64,000 nucleotides of DNA from Chrysomallon squamiferum (Eukaryota > Animalia > Mollusca). Positions 38,845 to 52,784 of this stretch are shown here, one piece after another (positions within the stretch are counted from its first letter, which is position 1; every line of letters starts with the position of its first letter). Under the pieces are notes generated by a model. It saw only the letters and a program-made list of their open reading frames with translations. It was not told where the DNA came from and did not search any database. The DNA lies in assembly GCA_012295275.1 (NCBI GenBank), contig CM022670.1, positions 8,494,001-8,558,000 on the forward strand, in the 5' to 3' direction. Made by a program: the position numbers and the translations under genes.

Positions 38845-39171
38845 ATGAGTCATCTAAGTAGAGAAGAACGTAAAAAATACACAATGCGGTTTTTGAAGTA
38901 TGACACAGATGGGAATGGATATCTTGATGTCATGGAACTGGGGAAATGTTTTTGTCGATCGGACACGATATATCTTTTACAGAATTGAAAGTAAGCATAA
39001 TTTGTCATCTGTCTATGGGAAGGTATATATTAAAGAACTCTTGATGCTTTTCGGATATGCTATAAGCGAGAAATCTTTCTAAATGCACCTATTTTATCCT
39101 TAACTGCAGTTGTAGTTGTTCTGATTAAAACGTTAAAATATCACAGTCCAAAACGTTTAATGTTATGTAAA

Positions 39172-39240
<69 letters not shown>

Positions 39241-39571
39241 CTTGTTTTTCATTATTATTATTATTATTATTTTCCTCACAGACGCGTTTGAATCAGTTAG
39301 ATGAAAACAGCGATGGACGAATTACCCTGGACGAATTCTTAGCGGTAATGCCAAATGGCATAATCGAAGAAGAAACAAAGTACGTTTTAAATTACTTCCC
39401 TTGTTTCCATTTGAAAACAAATTTAACTAACAGTTTATGCATGTTATATAGTATTTTCCAGGTTTAATTTGCCAGATATTTTTGACATCAGCTTAGGAGA
39501 ACAATTCCAAATTGAGAATTAATATGAAACTTATCATGTATATCTAACACTAACAATGCAGGTAATGCACC

Positions 39572-39602
<31 letters not shown>

Positions 39603-39901
39603 CTGTATGTGTATATATGTATGTGTGGATGCGTGTTTCTGTATATGTTTTGTTCGTGTATGTTTATGACAAATATTAAATATTAACGGATATGTTTTCT
39701 AGCCCGGACCATCTGAAAGAACGCTTTAAAACAATGGACAAAGATGGCGACGGTTTGGTAACAGCAGACGATTTTTATGAGGACATGACAGAAAGAGGAT
39801 ATGAAATTACTATGGACGACGCCATTGCTTACATAAACAAAGTGGACGCCGATGGTGACGGGAAAATTGACTTGAACGACTACATGGCGTTTAACAAATG
39901 A
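38845..39901 (+). pseudogene. EF-hand copy P3 (1-nt deletion in G run of exon 2; possible sequencing error)
   Basis: Exon 2 38845-38990 is 146 nt (CTGGGGAAATG vs CTGGGGGAAATG in paralogs); exons 39282-39379 and 39703-39901 intact with canonical splice sites. Confidence 0.65.
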
Positions 39902-41206
39902 ACAGTGATTGATATCCTAAGTGCCAACATGCAATTAGACATTACCGAGATTTTTAACCATTCCAGATAAGAATTCCCTTTTTATTGTGTATACAACGTA
40001 GATGTGAAATAGATATTTGTGGAAACAGCTATTTTAATTATTTAAATATTAGTTTTCTGCTATACTAAAATTATTCATACACATATATACAGAAACCATC
40101 TACTTACATTTGATATAAGAGAAAGAGGTGGTGAAATGTTTCAAACTAAAAATTTATAATATCAGCTCAGCATTAGTCTATAACAACTGTTCATTTTACT
40201 GTCGTTGATTACAGAAACCATATTCCTGTTTTCATATTTTATTTTCATATTTTGTTTTGTTGTTGTTAAGAATAATATACATAAGTATTAAGATTTACAA
40301 AAATATTTTATTCAATTAATCAAATTTTTTTCCTGACAGAAAACATCTTAGCAGTACTATGAGTTGGGCACGGGATAGGATGGATACATGTTTTTTGATG
40401 GTTTTTTTAAAAAGTTTTTACTTTGTAATTATTCATATTTCAACCTTCATTCTCAAATCGCAATTATCAATCAAATTCCTGTCATTTCCCAATTTCTAGT
40501 AAGACGTTAGAGTTCATTATTATTATTAATTTTTGGAGTTCTGTGGGTATTGTATTGTATTGTAAAAACACATGTATTTCTTTCTGTTTTCAGTAATAAA
40601 TTATTTTTACACAGACTGTCTTTCACCAGTTTTAATTATAGTGACATCATTATTAATCAGACTACAAAAAATGAAAAAACACCAGTTAATGAGTTAGATA
40701 AATTATATAATCTATTATGAATAGATAAATTATATAATCTTCAGTTTATTTGCCGAATTTGATTGTGTCATTATAACACAGTCGTACAATACATTAAACA
40801 AAGGAATCATACACCCGATTACATGACACACAGGAAAAATACACCCGGTAGTCTCAGTATTAAAAATACAGCTTTGACTTCTGGTTCGTTTTGCAGATCG
40901 ATAGATAATTGATTGTCATGTTGATAATTTTATAATGCACTGTTAACTGTTAGTCCTGGTAAGCTAAAATGTGAGACAAGATTTCATGAACTGAACACAA
41001 AATGACATGATTTTAGAACTCTGTTTCGCTGCAGACGTTCTCTCGTAGTGTAAAAAACCCACAAAAAATGTCTGTTATATATGTGTGTATTATTATTATA
41101 TGTATATAATAATAATAATAATTAGATGAAATAATCAGTAACATATGACGCTGAATGTAATATGATTTCCATCACATTAAAATACACGTAAAATGAAAGG
41201 TGTTTG

Positions 41207-41238
<32 letters not shown>

Positions 41239-41403
41239 ACAACATACAGGCCTACATAAACGTATTTAAAATAAATTACTTAGGATACTCAATGAACTAT
41301 TCAAATAACGTAGTACTGTAATTTTCATATATATTTAAATATTATATTCATCGTTATAATTTGATTGCTATCTTTACTACTACTACTACTAATTATAACC
41401 ATT

Positions 41404-41453
<50 letters not shown>

Positions 41454-42563
41454 TACAACCATATACTTATACGTACATAAACATATACTTTCATACATAT
41501 GTACAAAGATACATACGTAGAAACGTACATATACTAATGATAATAATAGTAAAAGTAATAATAATAATAGTATTAATAATAATATTAACAGTAACAATAA
41601 TAATAGTATTAATAAAAGTAGTAGTAGTAATAATAAAAATAAAAATAATAATAATAATAATAACAATAATAATAATTGTTATACCATTACTACTACTACT
41701 AATAGTAATAATAATAGCAACAACAACAACAAAACAACAAATGAAACAACAGTAATGTAACAGGGAGAGTAATAACAGTAGCAGTATCAGCAGTAAGAGC
41801 AGCAGTAAAAAAAATAAGTAAGCGAAAGATACACACACACAAAAAAAAAAAAACCCACAACAGTAATAATAATAATACAACTGTAGTAGTAGTAGTGCTG
41901 ATAACAACAACAACAAGTAAATTCTGATGAAATTTAATATTTATTTATCGGCATTATTATTTCGTTTTATCTTCGTTAATTAAAAAGTGAAGCAGTCTGT
42001 CATTTACTATTTATTAATCTGTGTAAACTTTCTCGTGGCAAAGATGAATATGGTAATGTTAAGGATATGAGAGGAAAACTGATTTAAAACCTTTCTATTT
42101 TGCATCCATTTGTGTTAGCTGAAGTGAAAGTAATAACCGTTTTATTTTATAAATTGTTTTATGCATTTTATATCTATCTGTCTATCTATCTATCTAATTA
42201 AGATGCATATTTCAAATTTGAAAATAAGTACGTTTTTTGCTCGTATAGTGTTATAGCGGCTCAAAATATATAATAATAATAATAACAACAACAACAACAA
42301 CAATAACTATATAACAATAAAAACAGATATAGTAATAACGATATTGATAATAATAAGAACAACAACAACAACAACAACAACAACACAACAATAGTGGTAT
42401 AGTGATGTATTTTGGTGTCTGAATAAGCAAATTTTTTAATGATAGTTTTATGTTGTGCTATCGTCCAGTGTTACAAGACATTTTATACAACGTTTTCATC
42501 ACTTTTTTCGAAATTTAATATTTCGATACATTTTAGGTTAATGTTTAGATTTGCAATATATAT

Positions 42564-42606
<43 letters not shown>

Positions 42607-42925
42607 ATTTGTTTAAAATTTAATAATTTATATTCAGCACTGAATTGTTAATACATATATACATACATACATACATATATTTATTTATAAATAGTAACAC
42701 ATATTAAGTATATTTATTAGTTTATTTTACATTTTATCTGTGTGTGTGTGTGTGTGTGTGTGTGTTATACTCATACACACACGCACACACACACAGAATA
42801 ATATATATACACACACACACGCACTCACACACACAGAATAATAAAATGTAATGTAATATGATAAAGTGCTGTAATCAAAGAACGCTAATAAATTATATAT
42901 ATATATGAATGTTTGTATGTATATG

Positions 42926-42971
<46 letters not shown>

Positions 42972-43019
42972 TACATTTAATTTATTTTTTTGAATAGTTA
43001 TATATGCTTCCATAAATAA

Positions 43020-43497
43020 AATAGATTGTGTTTCTTAATTTATTAGGTTCTTTGTTTACAGCACTTTATCATATTACATTACTGGCAGAAACATGCAGAA
43101 ACATGCTGTATAACAAGGAAGTATATGTATAGTGCGCAGTAGAAATACAGATCAGATTTCTTCGTTTTTCTTTTATATAAAATCATTTGTCATTATAATA
43201 ACAGGTAATGAGTTTGACTTAAGTTTATTGCTCTTCTTTTGTTTTAATGCCCTTCTTTATTTTTTTCCTTTATTAAGAGGGCTTTTTATTTTATTATTAT
43301 GTTTTTTGTTTGTTCGTGTCATGTTTTGCTTATTCTTTAATTTTGTTTTTGTTTATTTTTAAACTTTGTTCTTATCACTGTACTCTTACATGGGACACGT
43401 GTAGAGGGTGACGGACAAAATCCCTGCCGGACATAATCACTTTACCGACGTTTTTGCCTTCATCTAATTCAGACCTTCGTTTGCACTTAGTAAACAG
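43020..43497 (+). promoter_or_regulatory. Conserved upstream block and 5'UTR exon of copy P4
   Basis: AGAAACATGCAGAAACA...AACAAGGAAGTATA block and ...AAACAG|GTAA donor shared with P1, P2, P3, P5, P6 upstream regions. Confidence 0.55.
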
Positions 43498-43592
43498 GTA
43501 AACTATTTTAGTTTATTTTATTTATTTATTGCTACTAGTTCAACAATGACAACAATACGACTACTACTAGAACTACTGTTAATATTGCTCTA

Positions 43593-43646
<54 letters not shown>

Positions 43647-43948
43647 GATGTTGTTGTTGTTGTTGTTGTTCTTTTTAATTTTATTATTTTTAATATAATT
43701 ATTTTTGAATTTAATATTTATTTATTTATTTTGTTAGTTTATTATTTACTTATTATTATTACTGTTATTAATCAATTATTTTATACCATTTATTTTACTG
43801 TGATTTTAAGAACGTGTTCTATCTGCAAAAAAAACCCAAACAACAGCAACAACACAACAGCAAACAAACAAAAGAAAAAATACTTGGTCATTGTTATGGT
43901 AACTAGGTATTTGTTTCTTTCCGAAGTACTAGTACTGTTGTTATTATA

Positions 43949-44007
<59 letters not shown>

Positions 44008-44633
44008 TGTTTTTGTTGTTAATTTTATTATTTTTAACACAATTATTTTTGTTGTTTTTATTTATTTATTTGTTGTGTTATTTTTTATTTACTTGCTATT
44101 ATTACTGTTATTTTATACCTTTTATTTTAATGTGATTTTAAGAATGTGTTCTATCTGTAAAACAGCAAAAACAGAAAAAACAAAACAAACATAACAATGA
44201 TACAACAGCAAACAAACAAAGGTTAAATATACTTGGTCAAGAACTAAACATAGTTATGCTAGTTAGGTGTTGGCTTCTTTCCAAAGCGCGTACTACTCGT
44301 AATTGGATAGTAATTGCAGGGTAGCTATTGTTAAAATAACAGTATCTTATAAATATATATCTCCATATATAACAGTTTAATCATAATAATTTTAAGTGAA
44401 AGAAAGTCATAGTGACAGATGTCATTTACAGAACATAAAAATTTTATTATTAATTTTATTATGATTATTATTATTATTACAATTATAATTATAATTATTA
44501 TTATTATTATTTTAATGACATTCATTTTAAATAAACCACAGTTCTACATTATAAAATCATAAATCGTAGTCATCATTTCATACCTCTATTTCTCAAAGGC
44601 AACAAACCGAAACTTTTTTCCTATTTCCATAGA

Positions 44634-44969
44634 ATGAGTCATCTAACTAAACAAGAACGTGAACAGCACACGATGCGGTTCTTGAGTCTGGACACAGATG
44701 GAAATGGATATCTTGATATCATGGAACTGGGGGAAATGTTTTTGTCGCTCGGATACAATATTTCTTATTCAGAGTTGAGAGTAAGCATAATTTATCTGCT
44801 GCCTATGGGCAGGTACATATTAAAGATCTCTTGATGCTGTTCGAAAAATCAAAAAAACGAGAAATCTTTCTTATTAGCTGTTTTATTCTTAACTGCAGTT
44901 TAGTCATTCTGATTAAAACGTTAAAATTGTCACGTACGTATTATACATATTTTACATATTATAATTATA

Positions 44970-45014
<45 letters not shown>

Positions 45015-45170
45015 TGTTTCGTTTTTTATTCCATAGGAATATTTTCAAAAAATGGATGCAAACGGCGATGGACGAATTACTCTAGACGAATTCTTAGCGG
45101 TAATGCCAAAAGGCACTCCCAAAGAAGAAAGGAGGTACGTTTAAATTACTTCAAGTTTGAGAATGTGTGT

Positions 45171-45225
<55 letters not shown>

Positions 45226-45716
45226 TGTATTTGTGCAAGCATTACTCTGGACGAATTCTTAGCGGTAATGCCAAAAAGGCACTGCCAAAGAAGAAACAAG
45301 GTACGTTTAAATTACTGGTGACGACTGCAGGTGCCGACTGCAACAATCGTTTGACCTATTCGCTCTATTTTAATGCTCCAGTCTGTGTGTTTGTGTGTGT
45401 GCGTGTCTGTGTGTGAATGTGTGTATGTGTGTATATGTGTCAGAGTGTGTATTTGTGTATATATCTGTTCGTGTATGTTTATGACAAATATCAAATATTA
45501 ACAAATATGTTTTCTAGACTGGACTATATGAAAGAACGCTTTAGAGCATTGGACAAAGATGGCGACGTATTTGTAACGGCGAACGATTATTATCAGGACA
45601 TGAAAGGAAGAGGATACGAAATTACTATGAACGACGCCACTGCTTACGTGAAGAAAGTGGACACCAACCGCGACGGGAAAATTGACTGGAACGACTACTT
45701 CGCATTCAACAAATGA
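44634..45716 (+). CDS. Calmodulin-like 4-EF-hand protein, copy P4 (intact, 147 aa)
   Basis: Exons 44634-44780, 45037-45134, 45518-45716, canonical GT-AG; loops DTDGNGYLDIME, DANGDGRITLDE, DKDGDVFVTAND, DTNRDGKIDWND. Confidence 0.85.
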
Positions 45717-47274
45717 GTAGTGATTGAAAAAACAAGTGCCGACATGAAATGAAGCACAACAGAGATTTTTAATCATTCCAGATGACAATTCACTTTTTAT
45801 TATACGTACATGAAATAGATATTTGTGGCTATGGAAACATCTATTTCAGAAAATAAATTATTTAAATATTATAGTTATCGAAAAATATTTTTTTAACAGT
45901 ATGTTTTCCTAATTTGTTCATACACACACATATCTATCTATAGAAGGACTGTCTATATATATTTCCTCTAACAAAATCTAGTGGTGAAAAGTTTCGTACT
46001 AAAATTTTCTAATATCTGATTACAATTAGTTTACGAATTAATGCTACATAAGATCTCATGTTCTTTGTATGACAAATATAATTGCTGTAAATAAATTAAA
46101 AAATTTTGGAGGACTATATACATAAATAGTAAGATTTTAAAGAAATATTTCGTTCGTAAATCAGTTTTGTTTTTCTTCCTGACAGAAAACATGTCAGCAG
46201 TACTGTGAGTTGTGCACGTGATAGGACGTATACATTATTATTTCTTCAAAGTTTTTACTTTATAATTAAGGCACGCCGTTCTCTCAGAAACTATGGATCG
46301 GCTTCAACTGAAAAGGAATCACTGTTAATTAGACAGTCATTAAAAAAAATTAAAAACTAAACTATTATGTGTGGATTTGTTCGAATTCATGTTTCAGCCA
46401 GCATTCTCTAATCCTCATTATTAATCAAATTCCCGTTTTTCCTCAATTTCTAGTAAGAAGGTAGAGATAATTATTATTATAAATTCACTAATTAATTAAA
46501 AAATAAATTTTGAGTTGCGTGTCTATTGTATTGTAGAAACACGTTTTTCTTTCTGTTTTCGTAATAAATTCTATTTACACAGAATGTCTTTCACTAGTTT
46601 TAATTATAGTGACATCATTATTAATCAGACTATAAACAACACCAGTTATATAAATTATGTATTATATGATGTTCAGTTTTTTTTCAGAATGTGGCTGTGT
46701 TATTATAACACAGTCGTACAATATATTGCACAGAGGGAAACATACACCCGATTACATGACACAGAGGAAATATACACCCTGTAATCTCAGTATTAAAAAT
46801 ACAGCTTTGACTTCTGCTTCGTTTTGCAGAACGGTAGACACTTGTTATTTTTGATGATTTCGTAATGCACTGTAAATTGTTAGTGCTCGTAATAAGCTAA
46901 AACGTGAGATAAGGTTTCATCAACTGAATACTAAATGACATGATTTTAGAACTCTGGTTGCAGACGTTCTCTCGTTCTTTTCGCTTCTTTAGACTCTCAT
47001 GATATCTGGTTCTATATTCTCCACCTTTTTCTGCAAGTAGCGTAAAAAAAAAGAAATCCTCAGAAATCCTCTTCTCTGTTATATATAAAACAAAATAAAA
47101 AAATAATAATTATTATTATATAAACTTATCAGTAACATATAACGTTGAATATAATATGCATTCCCATGACATTAAAATACATGTAAAATGAAATGTCTAC
47201 ATAAACTGTTCAAAATAAATTACTTACACTAATCCAATGCAATACTGAAATAACGTAGTACTGTAATTTTCCTA

Positions 47275-47593
47275 TTATCCGGCGTCCTGAAATCCGGAAA
47301 GACCAGAAAACCGGAAGTTTTTCCCCACACTATTTTCATAGTTCGAGCGCGAGGGTGGTGTCCTGACCATACCGGAACTACTCTTTCAAGCCGCGTGGCG
47401 TTCATTCACTCGCCGCATTGTTTACGTGTCGAGTTGTGTATCGACAGTTTTCTTTATTTTTTTTTTTTAATTTAAAAAGTTTATGCCTAATTATTTACGT
47501 ATTTAGATGCATTGGTACCAGAAAACCGGATAATCCAGAAATCCGGAATGCCTCAGGCCCCAAGGAGTCCGGCTAATTGGTCCGATACTTGTA
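47275..47593. mobile_element. Small pogo/Tigger-like MITE remnant
   Basis: GC-richer insert with repeated (A/T)ATCCGG/AAACCGG subterminal motifs at both ends; right end CCGGCTAATTGGTCCGATACTTGTA; absent from paralogous spacers. Confidence 0.55.
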
Positions 47594-48009
47594 TCATCTT
47601 TCAAGCGATCAGGTCTAAACACAATATCAAATGAAGTTATTGCAAAATGATAAGCAGTAGAAAAGACCGGATCAATCCTCATCAGAAAAGACATCGTGTT
47701 TTATCTATTCCAACTACTATTGACACTCGATTTCAAAGAGCTCAGTTTTCCGGATGGAATTTATGGCGACTTCTTACATGAAATGTTATCTTTAGATGCT
47801 ATAAAGCTATTCTGATTCCAGCTATATGATCACGGTAATCCCGTCTCAACCCAGTTTCCACCAAGGTAAGTGTATATTTTACCACAGCAACGATAAACAT
47901 CCTAACCTAATACACTTCTGCCAGGAAGGTCTACATTTTTTCTTTACATATATTGTATGCCAATTCTTTTACACTGTTTTTGTGTACGTTTGTATGTGTT
48001 TTTGTGTGT

Positions 48010-48040
<31 letters not shown>

Positions 48041-48042
<2 letters not shown>

Positions 48043-48069
48043 GATAGATAGATAGACAGACAGATAGAC

Positions 48070-48163
<94 letters not shown>
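48041..48163. repeat. (GATA/GACA)n microsatellite
   Basis: Directly visible tetranucleotide run. Confidence 0.95.
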
Positions 48164-49047
48164 CCTATTTTAAAAACACTGAATATATATATTTACATTT
48201 ATTTATTTAGAATAGTTATATATGTGTCTATAAATAAAACAGATTGTGTTTGTTACTTTATTAGCATTCTTTGCATAGAGCACTTTATCATACATGCAGA
48301 AACACGTTATCAAACAAGGAAGTGTCATTGTAGTGTGCGGAAGAAACAAAGATAAGATGTTTTTGTTTCGTTTTTCATTTTGTTCATATCACCGTACTGG
48401 GACACGTGTAGAGGGTGACGGAAAAACTCCTGCCGGACATAGTCACCTTACCGAGGTTTTTGCCTTCATCTAATCCAGACCTTCGCTTGCACTTAACAAA
48501 CACGTAAGCTCTATTTTGATTTATTTTATTCTATTCTGTTTTTTATATTTACTACTACTAGTACTACAATGATAACGACTTCTACTGCTATTAGTACTAC
48601 TACTACAACTATTTTTATTATAATTATTATAATTAATATTGTTGTTAATTTTATTTTTGTTATAATTATTGTTCATTTTATTTATTTGTTTGTTGTAATA
48701 ATTTATTATTTACTTATTATTGTTGTTAATTAATTATTTTATATCTTTTCAATCTCTATTTTATTTTATTTTACTGTGATCTTTAAAAACATGTTTTTTT
48801 TCCAAATCACGCACTACTTGTAATGAGATACCGACTTTGGTAACTATTGGGAAAATAATTTCAAATAAAAGAAGTGCATTTCGAAACATAAAACTTAGAT
48901 ATGTTTCCGGTATCACCATGTAATTTTATTATTATTCATATTAAATAATAAACAACTTTACACTTTCAAATCATAAACCGTAGCTACCATTTCATATCTC
49001 TGTTTCTAAAAAGAAACATGCCGAAACTTTTTATTTTATTTTAAAGA

Positions 49048-49392
49048 ATGAGTCATCTGAGTAGAGAAGTACGTGAATATCACACATTGCGGTTCTTGAA
49101 GTGTGACACAGATGGGAATGGATATCTTGATCTCATGGAACTGGGGGAAATGATTTTTTCGCTCGAAAACAATATGTCTTTTACAGAGTTGAGAGTAAAC
49201 ATAATGTATCAGCTCTCCATGGGAAGTTACATATTAAAGATCCGTTGATTGTCTTCGAAAAAGAGATAAGCGGGAAATCTTTCTCATTACCTGTTTCATC
49301 CTTAACTGCAGTTTTAGTTGTTTATTCTTATGTGCATATTCTTCTTCTTCTTTTTCTTCCTCTTCTTCTTTTTCTTCTTCTTCTTCTTCTTC

Positions 49393-49445
<53 letters not shown>

Positions 49446-49738
49446 GTTGTTGTTTGTTTTTTTCATTGTTTTTTTTCTCCACAGGAATTTCTTAAAATAA
49501 CAGATACAAACGGCGATGGACGAATTACTCAGGACGAATTTTAAGCGATAATACCGAAAGACATTCTCAAAGAAGAAACAAGGTACGTTCTAAATAACTT
49601 CCCTTGTTTCGACTTGAAAACGCTTTAACAAAGAGTTAATTTGAGAATCTAACAGGGAAACGTATTACATAAATCGACTGACAATGTAACTGACGATTGC
49701 AACAATGGTTTGACCTACTCGTCCTTTTTTAATGCACC

Positions 49739-49798
<60 letters not shown>

Positions 49799-50069
49799 TG
49801 CGTGTTTGTGTATATATTTTTCGGGTTATGTCTATGACAAATATTAGATATTAACGGATATGTTTTTTAGACTGGACTTTTTGAGACACCATTTTAGGAC
49901 AATGGACACAGATTGCGACGGTTTTGTAACGGCTCACGATTATTATCTGGACATGAAAGGAAGAGGATATGAAATTACTATGAACGACGCCATTGCTTAC
50001 GTGATGAAAGTGGGCACCAACGGTAACGGGAAAATTGACGTGAACGACTACTTGGCATTTAATAACTGA
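49048..50069 (+). pseudogene. EF-hand copy P5 (nonsense mutation)
   Basis: Exons 49048-49194, 49485-49582, 49871-50069; TAA at 49542-49544 replaces Leu TTA in exon 3. Confidence 0.85.
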
Positions 50070-50484
50070 GTAGTGATTGAAGTACGAAATGCCATCAGAC
50101 ATTACAGACATTTTTAATCATTCCAGATAAGAATTCACTTTTTATTATATCTACAACGTACATATGAAATAGATATTTGTGGCTATGGAAACAGCTATTT
50201 TAGAAAATCAGTTATTAAAATATTACAGTTACCTGCTATTTGAAAAACATTTTGTTTTTTTACATATACTGTATGGCATTTGTTTACATTGTTTTTATGT
50301 CAATATAGTGTTCAAAATTGACTACATTGCAATATTATACAGCTTTTATGTGTACTAAAGTTTAATGCTTTGGTAAATTTTAGATTAATGTTTAGATTCG
50401 CAGTATATAGAGCTGATAAGAAATAAAACATATGAAGTATATTTATTAGTTTATATATATATATAGAACAGTTACATAGCGTTT

Positions 50485-50982
50485 AATAGATTGTGTTTGT
50501 TACTTTATTAAGGTTTACAGCACTCTATTATACTTTATTACTGTAGAAACATGCAGAAACACGCTGTAAAACAAGGAAGTATAATTATAGTGCGCAGTAG
50601 AAACACAGGTAAGATATCTTCGTTTTTCTTTTATTTAAAATCTTTGTGTCTTTATAATAACAGGTAATGAGTTTGACTTAAGTTTACTGCTCTTCTTTTG
50701 TTGTAATGCCGTCAGTTTTGTTGTTTGTCGTATTTTTTCTTTTGTGTTATTTTATTATGTGGGTATTTTATTTTATTATTATTTTGTTGTTGTTTTTGTT
50801 ACTGTGATGTTTTGTTTATTCTTTAATTTTGTTTTTGTTTATTTTTTCACTTTGTTCTTATTACGGTACTCTTAAATGGGACACGTGTAGAGGGTGACGG
50901 ACAAAATCCCTGCCGGACATAATCACCTTAACAAGATTCTTGCTTCATCTAATCTAGACCTTCGCTTGTAGTTAACAAACAG
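50485..50982 (+). promoter_or_regulatory. Conserved upstream block (TATA-like GTATAATTATA ~50579) and 5'UTR exon of copy P6
   Basis: Same block as upstream of the other + copies; donor AAACAG|GTAAG at 50983. Confidence 0.55.
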
Positions 50983-51537
50983 GTAAGCTCTGTTTTAATT
51001 TCTTTTTTTCTTACTTATTTACAACGACTACTACTAGTTATTTTTCTTGTTTTTTATTATTTACAAAACAGTACGACTACTACTATACTACTGATATTAT
51101 TATTATTATTGTTGGTGTTGTTGTTGTTGTTGTTAGTGTTATTATTATTATTATAATTATTGTTGTTGTTTTTATTTATTTATTGGCTGTCATAATTTAT
51201 TATTTACCTATTAGAATTATTGTTATTAATTAACTTTTTATACCATTTAATTTAAGAAAGTGTTCTAACAAAAGAAAAAAAAATAAGTGGGTCAAGAACT
51301 AAGCATTGTTATAATAGCTAGGTGCTGGCTTCTTTCCAAAGCGTGCACTACTGGTAATGAGATACGTACTGCTGGTTAGCTATTGTTATTATAAGAATAT
51401 CATACAAAGATATATATCTTCATAGTAAATAGTTTAAAGATAATAATCTCAAATGAAAGAAATTCATTTGCACAGATGACACTTATAAAACTTTAATATG
51501 TTCTTGATATAACTATATAATTTTATTATTATTATTA

Positions 51538-51620
<83 letters not shown>

Positions 51621-51740
51621 TTAATGATATTCATTTTAAATAAGCCACAGTTCTATACTATAAAATCATAAACCGTAGTCATCATTTCATACCTCTATTT
51701 CTCAATAGCAACAAACCGAAACTTTTACTATTTCCATAGA

Positions 51741-52071
51741 ATGAGTCATCTAACTAAAGAAGAACGTGAACTGCACACAATGCGGTTCTTGAGTCTGGAC
51801 ACAGATGGAAATGGATATCTTGATATCATGGAACTGGGGGAAATGTTTTTGTCGCTCGGATACAATATTTCTTATTCACAGTTGAAAGTAAGCACAATTT
51901 ATCTGATGTCTATGTACCTACCCATAGACATCAGATAATCTCTTGAGTCTGTTCGAAAAAGCGAAAAGCAAGAAATCTTTCTCATTACCTGTTTTATTCT
52001 TAACTGCAGTTTAGTCATTTTGATTAAAACGATAAAATTGTCACGTACGTATTATACATATTTTACATTTG

Positions 52072-52128
<57 letters not shown>

Positions 52129-52784
52129 TGTTTCGTATTTTTTCCACAGGATCAATTTCAAAAGATAGATGCAAACGGCGATGGACGAATCACTCTGGAC
52201 GAATTCTTAGCGGTAATACCAAAAGATATTCCCGAAGAAGAAAAAAAGTACGTTTAAATTACTTCCCTTGTTTCGATTTGAAAACAAATTTAACTGTGAG
52301 TTTATGCATGTTATGTAGGATTTTCCGCTTTTAATTTGCCAGATATCTGTGAAATCAATTTACGACAACAGCTCGAGTTTGAGAACGTAACGGGAAACTT
52401 ATCATGTATATCTAACACTAACAATGCAGCTGACGACTGTTTTTCCTTCTCGCTATGTTTTAATGCACCACTCTGTGTGTGTGTGCGTATGTGTGTGTGT
52501 ACGTGTGTGAGTGTGTTTATTTGTGTATATATTCGTTCGTGTATGTTTATGACAAATATCAAATATTAACAGATATTTTTTCTAGACTGGACTTTCTGAA
52601 AAAACGCTTTAGGGCAATGGACACAGATGGCGACGGTTTTGTAACGGCTCACGATTATTATCTGGACATGAAAGGAAGAGGATATGAAATTACTATGGAC
52701 GACGCCATTGAATACGTGAAGAAAGTGGGCACCAGTGGAAATGGGAAAATTGACTTGAACGACTACTTGGCGTTTAACAAATGA
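51741..52784 (+). CDS. Calmodulin-like 4-EF-hand protein, copy P6 (intact, 147 aa)
   Basis: Exons 51741-51887, 52150-52247, 52586-52784, canonical GT-AG; EF3 DTDGDGFVTAHD, EF4 GTSGNGKIDLND. Confidence 0.85.
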
